Virus record (IMG/VR): IMGVR_UViG_3300036766_000359
Location: 96,001-160,000 of that record
Source: a virus
Direction: 5' to 3' (one strand)
DNA: 64,000 nucleotides
Shown here piece after piece: positions 9,263-17,957 of this stretch (its first letter is position 1; every line of letters begins with the position of its first letter). The notes under the pieces are model-generated. The model was not told the DNA's origin. It saw only the letters and a program-made list of their open reading frames with translations, and searched no databases. The position numbers and the translations under genes were made by a program.

Positions 9263-10147
9263 TTAGTGCGAATGTAACGTCTGAATCAGCCACTGGATTA
9301 GTGCAGCGATGGCAGCAATCGCTCCAACCGGGATGGTAATTTTCCTTGTGAGATTCTTCCCAGATTTTTCAGCCTGATTTTGAATTGCCAGAATTGCTCT
9401 GTTAGTAGTTTCCTTCATATGGTTTTCAAAAATCTGTATACGTTTATCATGAATGGTATCCGTCGTAATCAACATGAGAATCTCTGTCGTGTGATTTGAA
9501 AGTTCTCGTATTATTTCATTTTTAAACATATTAATCATTTGAACATTTTCAAGAGCCAGATCGGCAGCCCTGTTTGCCGCCGACAAACAAGATCTCATCT
9601 GAAGTTTTATGTTATCAATTGAGTCACGTGTTTCGGTAATTTCACCCCCGAGTCGGACTACGTGTTCCTCAGTCCAAAATCGAAGATCTGCCATCTTATG
9701 GAACAGATCGTTAAAATTATTTGTTGCTTCCATGGTAGCAGACATGGAGGTATACTCAGGACCCGATTCCGTAGTCGTATTCATATGCCCCATTTTAAAC
9801 CAGTAAAACGGATGATTAGTATCAAACAACTCCGAATACCACCAAATGAGTTTACCGTCCGAATTTTTCCACGGCCATATGAATAATTTGTGAATTTTTC
9901 CTTTTGTCTGGTCGGATATCATATCCCTTACCCAGTCATGGAACTTTTCCGGAATGACGCTAAATATAGTCATTCCTTGTAGTTGTTCGAGTTTGAACCC
10001 ATATGTGTTCAATACGAATTCATTCGCCCACACAATTTCCCCAGAGATGAGATTTACTTCTATAAATCCACGGTCGTTAAGGGACCTTCCATAGTCTCGG
10101 ATAACTTCGATCTCGTTGCTGGTTATTTGCATATGTAAAGACTTCAA
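9263..10147 (-). CDS. PAS-domain protein with coiled coil and C-terminal TM helix
   Basis: GEIVWANEFVLNTYGFKLEQLQGMTIFSVIP...WKNSDGKLIW is PAS-like; hydrophobic C-terminus. Confidence 0.7.
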   Translation of the reverse strand: MKSLHMQITSNEIEVIRDYGRSLNDRGFIEVNLISGEIVWANEFVLNTYGFKLEQLQGMTIFSVIPEKFHDWVRDMISDQTKGKIHKLFIWPWKNSDGKLIWWYSELFDTNHPFYWFKMGHMNTTTESGPEYTSMSATMEATNNFNDLFHKMADLRFWTEEHVVRLGGEITETRDSIDNIKLQMRSCLSAANRAADLALENVQMINMFKNEIIRELSNHTTEILMLITTDTIHDKRIQIFENHMKETTNRAILAIQNQAEKSGKNLTRKITIPVGAIAAIAALIQWLIQTLHSH

Positions 10148-10189
10148 ACCTTGTTACAATGAAGTTGGACAAGGATTTCATTACAACCC

Positions 10190-10549
10190 GTGGTAGGGTA
10201 TGTAATGGTAAACTTTTTACAAGTAGAATGCTCAAAATGCAAAGTGGCAAAATCCTGCCCACATTTCGGGTCTAGTCCACTGCGCATACCTGGGTATATG
10301 CCAGAGTATTGCAAAATCATAGGTGGATATGGGAGGAAACCAGTAGACCCGGCGATTCTCTCGCCGGAAAGTCTTAGTATTTCGACTCCAGGTTCGTGTC
10401 TTACGATCGCTTATATCCCGGTCGTCGACAAAGAGACAGGGCAAATCATAATGAAACTTACAAAAATTTTCGCCCCTCCTGTTCTACATGAGAGGGAAAA
10501 AATTCCGTGGAATATTGAAGAAATGTACCCTAAACCCCACAAGATTTAG
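10190..10549 (+). CDS. Hypothetical Cys-containing protein
   Basis: CSKC..SC..YC motif. Confidence 0.6.
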   Translation: MVGYVMVNFLQVECSKCKVAKSCPHFGSSPLRIPGYMPEYCKIIGGYGRKPVDPAILSPESLSISTPGSCLTIAYIPVVDKETGQIIMKLTKIFAPPVLHEREKIPWNIEEMYPKPHKI

Positions 10550-10877
10550 AAGTGCGGGACCTACGTTTCATTCGTCGAATTAGTTTATTAGTTTCCAGTA
10601 TTATTTCTTGATCAGAAATACCACATCGTATTGCTTCTTTAACGGCACCGTTAACGTCACGTTCTACTCTCTTACGAGTAGTTTCTCGACTCCAATTTCT
10701 TATCCATTCTGCAAATCTTATACGATTTTCAGGAGTTACGTTAATCACTGACCGCAACTTTCTGAACCGTCTTTTTGGTTCGAAATCCATGCCAACCGGA
10801 TTTTTTAGAATTTCGAATGGCGCACCTTTGACAGTTAGAAGGTGGTATGCTACGCCATCTAGATAAGAGTATATCAA
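10530..10877 (-). CDS. Hypothetical basic protein (start uncertain)
   Basis: ORF track; the real start may be internal (MDFEPK). Confidence 0.5.
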   Translation of the reverse strand: MIYSYLDGVAYHLLTVKGAPFEILKNPVGMDFEPKRRFRKLRSVINVTPENRIRFAEWIRNWSRETTRKRVERDVNGAVKEAIRCGISDQEIILETNKLIRRMKRRSRTSKSCGV

Positions 10878-11022
10878 ATTCTTTGTTACACTGACAACGC
10901 ACTCGAGCCCAACGTTCAGTATATGATTTTCCCGTTTTCGCGACTAAACGAACACGTTCCATAACATTTATCAGTTCGAGATTGCCAGAACTTTTACGTA
11001 AAGAATTCGGGTCAAATGTCAT
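10741..11022 (-). CDS. Zn-ribbon hypothetical protein
   Basis: RVRCQCNKEF...CQRC. Confidence 0.6.
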   Translation of the reverse strand: MTFDPNSLRKSSGNLELINVMERVRLVAKTGKSYTERWARVRCQCNKEFDILLSRWRSIPPSNCQRCAIRNSKKSGWHGFRTKKTVQKVAVSD

Positions 11023-11027
11023 AATGC

Positions 11028-11264
11028 CTACTTACGACTAGTACGAATCGCTGATTCATACATCTTGGGTAAATTTTTTACAACATTGTCCATCAGATCA
11101 TGAACGCTCATTTTTGAACCAGTAGCTCGAAATGCAATTAAAGTTTCGGCTGCAAGGATTACTTCTAGTGTGTCGTACTCTTTACTTTGATCAATTAGAA
11201 CGTGAGCCAAACTATTAGCTTTTTTCATGAAAGCTCGACGTTCTTTTGCTGTCATACTAGCCAT
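11028..11264 (-). CDS. Hypothetical protein
   Basis: 78-aa ORF in a tightly packed minus-strand run. Confidence 0.6.
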   Translation of the reverse strand: MASMTAKERRAFMKKANSLAHVLIDQSKEYDTLEVILAAETLIAFRATGSKMSVHDLMDNVVKNLPKMYESAIRTSRK

Positions 11265-11273
11265 TAAATTTCA

Positions 11274-12248
11274 TCAAGGGTGGTATTTATCAGAAGTATC
11301 CGACAAAACGTATTCATCCTTCCATTGTTTCCCATTCCAATTAGGGTCAGAGCATATTTTAACTATATCATCCATAGTTCGATATAAGTCATAGAGCGTT
11401 GAGTCATTTTCTATTACGAAGTCATACGCAGAGTCCTTGATCCTAGTTTGTTCGGTTTCTGACCGATGGTTAAACGGAGGTTTCGCAACAATAGGACGTT
11501 TAATCCGTATGATTACAGGAACCAGGTTTTCATCAGCGGCTTCACGTGCAAGTTTATGTTCATGAATATGACGAAAATCTGAAAAACACGTAATGAATTG
11601 AGAAATGGGGTCTACGGATTGTACAGGAAACAGTCCTTTTTCTTTCGAATACGCATAACCCGAGGCAATGAGGCGGTGATCTTGTATCCCTTTTCGAATC
11701 CAAGTGTCTGAGTACAAAGTATTCATTAATTCCATGTACTGCTGAAGAGACTCACGCGGAGATAACCAAAAATCAGGGTCACCTTCACGAACAAAATACC
11801 TAACAAGCCCATCTTTAGTCAGTTTATTCGGTTTTTGTGTTAAATAAGATTGAGAGTTATTTATGTCATCGTATGAATCATACAAATACCAAAGGTCTTT
11901 TTTTGCCCCTCCGATATACTGATTCCCGTTTTTGTCAACAATATCAAAAACATCATCAGGAATATTTTCTGGATGAACATTCCATCTTTGAAGATTAACA
12001 AGTTTAGTAATTTGCTTCGGGTATCTAACATCACCAGCGTTTCGAAATTCTGAAGGCCCCCACAATTGATTAGTCGTAAATCCGTAAGCGTCTTGCATAT
12101 GGCGCTTACCCGGATCAGCTAGACCAGTACGAGTTGCATTATGAAATGTAACAAGCCTGTTAGCGCATTCGTCTTTGCCTGCACTACTAAATCCCGATAT
12201 GCAAATCATTAAATGAGTCATTTCTTCCTCGTGTGTTCGTGTGTACAA
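11274..12248 (-). CDS. Deoxynucleoside monophosphate kinase (T4 gp1-like)
   Basis: ICISGFSSAGKD P-loop, LADPGKR, SPRESLQ, SDFRHIHE, HRSETE, DFVIENDST; likely start MTHLM. Confidence 0.8.
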   Translation of the reverse strand: MYTRTHEEEMTHLMICISGFSSAGKDECANRLVTFHNATRTGLADPGKRHMQDAYGFTTNQLWGPSEFRNAGDVRYPKQITKLVNLQRWNVHPENIPDDVFDIVDKNGNQYIGGAKKDLWYLYDSYDDINNSQSYLTQKPNKLTKDGLVRYFVREGDPDFWLSPRESLQQYMELMNTLYSDTWIRKGIQDHRLIASGYAYSKEKGLFPVQSVDPISQFITCFSDFRHIHEHKLAREAADENLVPVIIRIKRPIVAKPPFNHRSETEQTRIKDSAYDFVIENDSTLYDLYRTMDDIVKICSDPNWNGKQWKDEYVLSDTSDKYHP

Positions 12249-13272
12249 TGCAATAACTGTAAGTTCCTTTAGCCATATTACAGTTATGGCACAATACCTG
12301 AAATTTTGATTTTCTACGAAATTTCTCGATAAATGTGGATTTTTTGATAGTTATCCATTTATATAATGATGGACCACTTCTCGGTCCTTCATTATCAGTT
12401 TTATATGATATTTTATGATCAATGCATAGTCTATTTAATGCAGTTTCTCCACAACCGTTACAAGAACATTTGACAACCCCGTTACATACAGTTTCTAAAG
12501 CAGCCTTTTTCAGATTTTGTGATTCTATACACAGGTGTTTTAGGTAATCTTCTTTATTACAACAAATACATAAAACTTCATATTTTGACTTATCTGAATT
12601 TAACAAAATATCACGGTATAACCCGCGTGGATTGAAGTGTATACGATGTTCTTTTCCGTCATTGTTAATATGCTGAACTGTTAAAAACTTAATTTCGGTT
12701 ATATTACAACGAACACATTTTACTCCTCCAAGAGCATTGAAAACAGCCACTCGTTCAGAAACATACCTATTATTATCACATTCTTTACATGCGGAATTCA
12801 AACCGTCACTTTTCCCATTATATCGAAAAAATTCATTTGATTTCTTAATCTTTTTGCAATGCCAACATTTTTTAACGTAAGGAACAACTACATTTTGTCT
12901 TATCTTATTTTTATTGAGCAATGAATTTTTCTGGGTATTATCACAGCTTTTGCAACACCAGTTTAAACCATCTTTCCCAGAAAGATTTTTAGCAAATTGA
13001 TCACTTGACTTTGTTAGTCCGCATTTTCCACATGAGTTTTGACCTGGTAGCTCGTTTTCTTTATTTAACTTTTTACGATTTGTTCTAGAAATTAAATTGG
13101 AAGTTTTAGTACACTCTTTACAAAATCGTTGAAGACCGTCTTTTCTCGATGAACTTTTATAAAATAAATCAAAAGATTTTGTTTTCCTACATCTGCTACA
13201 TATTTTCATATTTATGCATGTGAACAAAAAATTTATAGAGTATGTTACCAGTTCCTGCCCATCCAACTTCAT
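12187..13272 (-). CDS. Free-standing multi-module HNH-like homing endonuclease
   Basis: Repeated CxxC...F.K....DGL...CKxC modules plus two LxxxH..NDG...EVLCxxCN domains; very AT-rich. Confidence 0.75.
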   Translation of the reverse strand: MKLDGQELVTYSINFLFTCINMKICSRCRKTKSFDLFYKSSSRKDGLQRFCKECTKTSNLISRTNRKKLNKENELPGQNSCGKCGLTKSSDQFAKNLSGKDGLNWCCKSCDNTQKNSLLNKNKIRQNVVVPYVKKCWHCKKIKKSNEFFRYNGKSDGLNSACKECDNNRYVSERVAVFNALGGVKCVRCNITEIKFLTVQHINNDGKEHRIHFNPRGLYRDILLNSDKSKYEVLCICCNKEDYLKHLCIESQNLKKAALETVCNGVVKCSCNGCGETALNRLCIDHKISYKTDNEGPRSGPSLYKWITIKKSTFIEKFRRKSKFQVLCHNCNMAKGTYSYCIVHTNTRGRNDSFNDLHIGI

Positions 13273-13297
13273 TCTTCAGGCGATCCTCTATAAAATC

Positions 13298-13984
13298 CTA
13301 TCTAGTACCGGGTTTTCTAATTTCCATCGTACCGAATGTACTACTGCAGTACCATAAAGCGAGGTCCACTATTCCGAGAGGTACTTGATCATCACCACGC
13401 ATTGATTTACACATATCTTCACAGTCTTCAAATCCCCAATGTTCAGCCATACGAACGAGGTGTAGATCTGGTTTCACACATTCAAGTAGTCCGATATTTC
13501 TCCCGAGATGATACCTAGTAACTGGACCGATGTACGAAAGTTCTCCTATCTTCTCAACATCCGAAAGATTCAAAGATCGCCATTTTTCCCACCCAAGCGT
13601 TTTAAGTTCATCAACCATCCTTTTGGCGGTTGAGTGGATGGCACGAGCTTTCTGTGGGTTATTGCATACCAGCCGGACTCTTTCCATAACATGGTCAAAA
13701 TTTTCAGTGCCACATTTATCCCAGCTCCCGTAAGCCGTAAGAAGTTTCGGCATGAACTTCCCGACGGCCTTTGCTGAGAAACCAGTGGCATGGACAACAA
13801 AAATATATTCACGAAAGAAGTACTCCGGTGTCACATTTTCTAGTTTGACTGATGAAATTTGATCAATAACGTCTTGATAAAACTTCGTAGCAAATTTATA
13901 TGCTTTTTCAAAGTATGGTCCAGGACCATCATTGAAATCCGGTTCATACTCTGATATATCACCTAGGTCTTTATGTGGTTCCAT
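13298..13984 (-). CDS. HhH-GPD / DNA glycosylase-like protein
   Basis: LSYIGPVTRYHLGRNIG..VKPDLHLVR resembles the HhH motif plus conserved Asp. Confidence 0.55.
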   Translation of the reverse strand: MEPHKDLGDISEYEPDFNDGPGPYFEKAYKFATKFYQDVIDQISSVKLENVTPEYFFREYIFVVHATGFSAKAVGKFMPKLLTAYGSWDKCGTENFDHVMERVRLVCNNPQKARAIHSTAKRMVDELKTLGWEKWRSLNLSDVEKIGELSYIGPVTRYHLGRNIGLLECVKPDLHLVRMAEHWGFEDCEDMCKSMRGDDQVPLGIVDLALWYCSSTFGTMEIRKPGTR

Positions 13985-14131
13985 ACTAAATTCCTTGATG
14001 TGTTACAAGAACATGGCACCATACACATAATAATCTACATTTTGACATTTCTTCTTGTAAACGATTTAAGTTTACATTTAATCGTATTCCGTAGATATTG
14101 AGATATTTCGGGTCATATTTCCCCGATGGCA

Positions 14132-14461
14132 TCAGTGCCAGAATTGAGCTCCTGAGGTTCCATATTCATACTCCAGACGGAGAATTATTTTTTCATTCCA
14201 ACTGTCGGATATCTCTTGCTTCCAGTATCCGTGTAAAACATTACACTCGTCACTTACGAATCCATTCCAACAATGAACGCAAAAATTGGTACAATGTCCA
14301 TATGCCGTAAATTTGCGTATATTTTCATGTATGATTCCACATTGCTGGCAATGCCCCCTTTCAGGATTCCAAAGAATGTGCATAATCGTTTCTTTAACGT
14401 CAAAATAGAGAATAAGTGTAAGTTCGTTTGAACTTGTTATGCGACTAAGTTTTCCGGTCAA
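14132..14461 (-). CDS. Hypothetical protein (CxxC x2)
   Basis: CQQC...CVHC. Confidence 0.45.
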   Translation of the reverse strand: MTGKLSRITSSNELTLILYFDVKETIMHILWNPERGHCQQCGIIHENIRKFTAYGHCTNFCVHCWNGFVSDECNVLHGYWKQEISDSWNEKIILRLEYEYGTSGAQFWH

Positions 14462-14479
14462 TCACATTTAGGAGTATTC

Positions 14480-15022
14480 ATGAAGTCACGAAAATCAGGC
14501 ATGAAAACATTGAAGATCCCATATAGTAATGGGAGAATTTGTTATATAACCGATCATAATAGTGAATGTGAAGTCACAATTGAGTGTTATGCGTTAAAAA
14601 AAGCATTTCATTTTCCGTACAGTCACGACTCCAATTTGTCTGTTGGAGATTGGGTTAAATTTTGTGGGACTACAAGAGTTAATACAAAAATCCAAAAAAA
14701 CGGTAAAAATGAAGAAAAAATTCGTTATTACCACAAGCCATACGATGGGAGTTCAGTGAGTGGATGGGTATTTTTTGAACTTCAAAACGTAGAAATCAAG
14801 GTGATAGCGCATCCTGATATAAATTGTAATTTGGAAAAATCAGGTATTCGGATTCAACGCCACCTAGAATCTTGGGTTACAAGTCTAAAACCCGTAGAAA
14901 TTAAAGAGACAATCAGTTCACTTGAAAACACGATTAATTCATTAAAACAGGTACTCATAAAACAAGAAATACTAAACGCGGACAGAGAACACAAAATGCT
15001 GATCATTGATATCGCAGTTTAG
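14480..15022 (+). CDS. Hypothetical protein
   Basis: 180-aa ORF. Confidence 0.6.
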   Translation: MKSRKSGMKTLKIPYSNGRICYITDHNSECEVTIECYALKKAFHFPYSHDSNLSVGDWVKFCGTTRVNTKIQKNGKNEEKIRYYHKPYDGSSVSGWVFFELQNVEIKVIAHPDINCNLEKSGIRIQRHLESWVTSLKPVEIKETISSLENTINSLKQVLIKQEILNADREHKMLIIDIAV

Positions 15023-15310
15023 TCATTTGATTTGATTTCCGAGGTTAGCGAGAGCTTCAATAACCATCTTCAAATTTGCTTGAGGAGACTGGTTCACAGT
15101 ATCGTGAATACTCGGAGCGAGAAGACCATTTCTCCTTTTCAATTCTTCAGATGCACAGTCAAGAACATCAAAAAGCTCGTTATCGCTTATCGAGTTAATT
15201 TCCAACTTAACTTTTGCAAAAAGTTCTCCTTCCATACTTTTCCTTTCTATATTGTGGTAACGTACAGTAAACAAATTTATAGTGTAAATTTTACTATGAT
15301 TACTATACAA
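15023..15310 (-). CDS. Hypothetical protein (likely start MEGELF)
   Basis: ORF track. Confidence 0.5.
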   Translation of the reverse strand: MYSNHSKIYTINLFTVRYHNIERKSMEGELFAKVKLEINSISDNELFDVLDCASEELKRRNGLLAPSIHDTVNQSPQANLKMVIEALANLGNQIK

Positions 15311-15370
15311 TTGTAGTAAAATTTTATTTTACTATACTATACAGTTTACAGTAAAGTTACGAAAGAAAGT

Positions 15371-16183
15371 TTGATTATGAAACAAAAGAATGTTTTTGTC
15401 TTTTTCGTTTTTTTCGTTTCTGTTGCAATTACATACTTCAGTTTAGCTCAAGAAAATGTCAGTAAAACCCCTTCAAATTCATTGATTAAACAACACGCGT
15501 TTTTAATTTCACCTGCAGTCATACCAGTCATTTCGGAGTCAAAAGTAATTTCGGAGACTGTAGTTCGAAAAGTTGAACGATCATCTAAGCTAGAAGCCGA
15601 AATTTTTTCAAAAATTTCGGTTTCAGAGGGCGGATTTTCTCACATAGAATCAAAAGCGATTTTACAAGCTTTAGAAGACATGAGGTCAGGGAGATCTCTT
15701 CTTGAAACAATGTATGGACAAAGTCCTCACGTTTCTAAAAGAAAACCATTTACAGATCCAAGACAAGTTTGGGTGAGTAATTTACCAATGCACGGGTCAG
15801 AAGTTCCAACTGGTTGGATAGAATGCATTGTTGAGAATGGACAAAAATCGCCAAAGGGTTGTTCAGGTAACTGGAAGAGTACGTCAAAATCGTGGGAAGC
15901 ATTCAGAAGTTATGCCACAGGTTTATACTGGAGTGGGGAAATCCCGAACGTTGTTGATGGAGTTATTGCACAGTGGGGAGGAGATATGGACTATTGGCGC
16001 GGTGCAGGCAGAAACCTATGTCCGCTAAAATCCACTGAAACCAAAAATACTTATTGGGGTTTCCCTCAGAAAAATGTTGGGAAATGTTTAGAGATTGACC
16101 AGAAGAAAGTAGAAAAGAGCCGCGTTCTAACTGCACAAGTTGCGGCAGGTCGTGCAGCTCGTCGTCATCTAATTTTGAATTAA
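15371..16183 (+). CDS. Signal-anchored protein, possible cell-wall hydrolase
   Basis: N-terminal TM helix; KISVSEGG motif and WGG..D; function is inference only. Confidence 0.6.
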   Translation: MIMKQKNVFVFFVFFVSVAITYFSLAQENVSKTPSNSLIKQHAFLISPAVIPVISESKVISETVVRKVERSSKLEAEIFSKISVSEGGFSHIESKAILQALEDMRSGRSLLETMYGQSPHVSKRKPFTDPRQVWVSNLPMHGSEVPTGWIECIVENGQKSPKGCSGNWKSTSKSWEAFRSYATGLYWSGEIPNVVDGVIAQWGGDMDYWRGAGRNLCPLKSTETKNTYWGFPQKNVGKCLEIDQKKVEKSRVLTAQVAAGRAARRHLILN

Positions 16184-16599
16184 TCTCGGGGGCATTTCGA
16201 AATATCAGCACATGATGTGACTTTAGTTGCGCAGGTCAAATCATACATGATGATATTTACGGATCTCATATTTTCACAAACACTTTCGCATGTCGCCCCG
16301 TCATTGGTGGGGTTACCTTCTTTACACGACATGGACCTGAAATTAGAACAAGCCGTCGTACAAGACGGAACTACCGCGATCGGAGCGGGTGTTGGCCTAG
16401 GGGGTATTACGATCGGAGCGGGTGTTGGCCTAGGGGGTATTACGATCGGCGTAGGCGTAGGCGTAGGCGGGCACAACCCCATGCGTTCGCCACCACTTGT
16501 GTGTTCCGCATCGGGGCTAGTACTAGAATTTACACACTGGTCGCAACCGTAGTTACAACCTACGATAAGAAGAATCAGTGTGGTTAGATAAATTCTCAT
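16180..16599 (-). CDS. Cys-rich lipoprotein with Pro-rich linker
   Basis: Lipobox LLIVGC; PTPAPIVIPPR repeats; several Cys. Confidence 0.75.
   Translation of the reverse strand: MRIYLTTLILLIVGCNYGCDQCVNSSTSPDAEHTSGGERMGLCPPTPTPTPIVIPPRPTPAPIVIPPRPTPAPIAVVPSCTTACSNFRSMSCKEGNPTNDGATCESVCENMRSVNIIMYDLTCATKVTSCADISKCPRD
16378..16449. repeat. 33-bp tandem repeat x2 (coding, Pro-rich)
   Basis: gatcggagcgggtgttggcctagggggtattac twice. Confidence 0.95.
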
Positions 16600-17366
16600 T
16601 TCGTCCCCGAATCATGTGGTGCGTCAATGACCCAAAGGTCACTAGCCAGCGCACTGGCTACCGCAGACTGTTTAATTCGATATCGACCGTGTTCACCCCA
16701 CCCAGGCCCCCACGAGTTTTGACCCCAGAAAAATTCATCTTTGTAATGACCGTACAAAAACATAGCATGGCCACCTATAATAACCTTGGACTCATCAAGA
16801 AGTCCACCTTTGTAATCAAACCATTTGGCATCAATTTCTAAGCCGTACACTATAGGGTGGTTTGCGGCGAGAGCGCGTTTGATGTCTAGAATTCGTGCTG
16901 CGCCGACTGAATTGATGCGATAATAGCCCTTCAAGCTACGTTGGTCATAGGCTGCTCTGAAAGTAGCCCAGTCGGGTCGTTCGTTGACTTTAGCTTCTAC
17001 AAACGGCCACACGGTGGCCGGGGCGACTCCCAAGACTTTAGCAGCCTTAAAGACGTCACGAATATATGTTCCTTCGTCTACGGTTTCGGTGTTAGTGACT
17101 GCCCGACCAATGTCATAAAGCCAAAGTTGAGAAGGGATTCGACGGTCCTTGATGCCTTGAGCTCCCCAAGAGGTGTATATTGCCCCACTGGACGATTGTC
17201 CAGTACATGAGCTAGTCCCCACTTGATTATATGGAGCCGGTAAATGGGCTTCCATATTAGTTTGTTCAGGGATAGTCGTGACTGCCTGAACAGCCCCCAT
17301 CATGGAGAGTGGCTTGTCATTCGGGTCGTGAAGATCTTTCTTCCAACCTGTCCCGGGGTTAGACAT
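16596..17366 (-). CDS. Papain-like cysteine peptidase (C1 family)
   Basis: NQVGTSSCTG (Gln/Cys), GGHAMFLYG (His), QNSWGPGWGEHG (Asn). Confidence 0.92.
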   Translation of the reverse strand: MSNPGTGWKKDLHDPNDKPLSMMGAVQAVTTIPEQTNMEAHLPAPYNQVGTSSCTGQSSSGAIYTSWGAQGIKDRRIPSQLWLYDIGRAVTNTETVDEGTYIRDVFKAAKVLGVAPATVWPFVEAKVNERPDWATFRAAYDQRSLKGYYRINSVGAARILDIKRALAANHPIVYGLEIDAKWFDYKGGLLDESKVIIGGHAMFLYGHYKDEFFWGQNSWGPGWGEHGRYRIKQSAVASALASDLWVIDAPHDSGTK

Positions 17367-17432
17367 TAGACAACCATGGTTTGGTTATATGGTTCATATT
17401 CATGAACTGGTAATAAAAGTTCTGTTCGTAGT

Positions 17433-17957
17433 ATGAAAGAGAAACCAAAAATTGATTTTCATTTTGGGGAAGTGATTGAAATCCCGATACCAGGACCTGC
17501 AGATTCAGATCCTCCGGTATGGCCTAAAAGCCGTGGAGAGAAACTTAAGCCGTGGATAAATGCCATATCCATAATTGCAGCACTTGCAACTTCCATAACA
17601 GCAGCACTTAAACCAAATGACCCTATAAACAAAGCTTCATACGAGGAACTCAAGAAAGCAGTTGAGCAACTCAATAAAAATGATACTAGAAACCATGAAG
17701 ACATCATGGCCATACATAGTTATTTAGAATCGTATGCATGGAACGCTGCAGCCGCGTCTGCCGCAGCCGCACAGCCACCGCCAGTTCCACCGCGTGGACG
17801 CTTGAGAAATAAAATAGTTAAAAAGAAGTCATCCAAGTCTGAGAAGTTAGAAACTCCGCAAACTCCGGTTCTTCCTGAAATTCATGGAAAACCTCCGGTA
17901 CAAAATCTACCGGAGTTTGATGAACTAATTGAAGACCCGGATGAACTACTTAAATGA
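17433..17957 (+). CDS. Membrane-anchored coiled-coil protein
   Basis: TM INAISIIAALATSITAAL followed by a coiled coil and Pro-rich tail. Confidence 0.7.
   Translation: MKEKPKIDFHFGEVIEIPIPGPADSDPPVWPKSRGEKLKPWINAISIIAALATSITAALKPNDPINKASYEELKKAVEQLNKNDTRNHEDIMAIHSYLESYAWNAAAASAAAAQPPPVPPRGRLRNKIVKKKSSKSEKLETPQTPVLPEIHGKPPVQNLPEFDELIEDPDELLK

Noticed and set aside
13241-13275. GWAGTGN in an alternate frame upstream of the 12187 HNH as a stranded kinase P-loop
   Set aside because: It has no start codon or hydrophobic strand before it, so it may be chance; too weak to report as a third recoded-terminus case.
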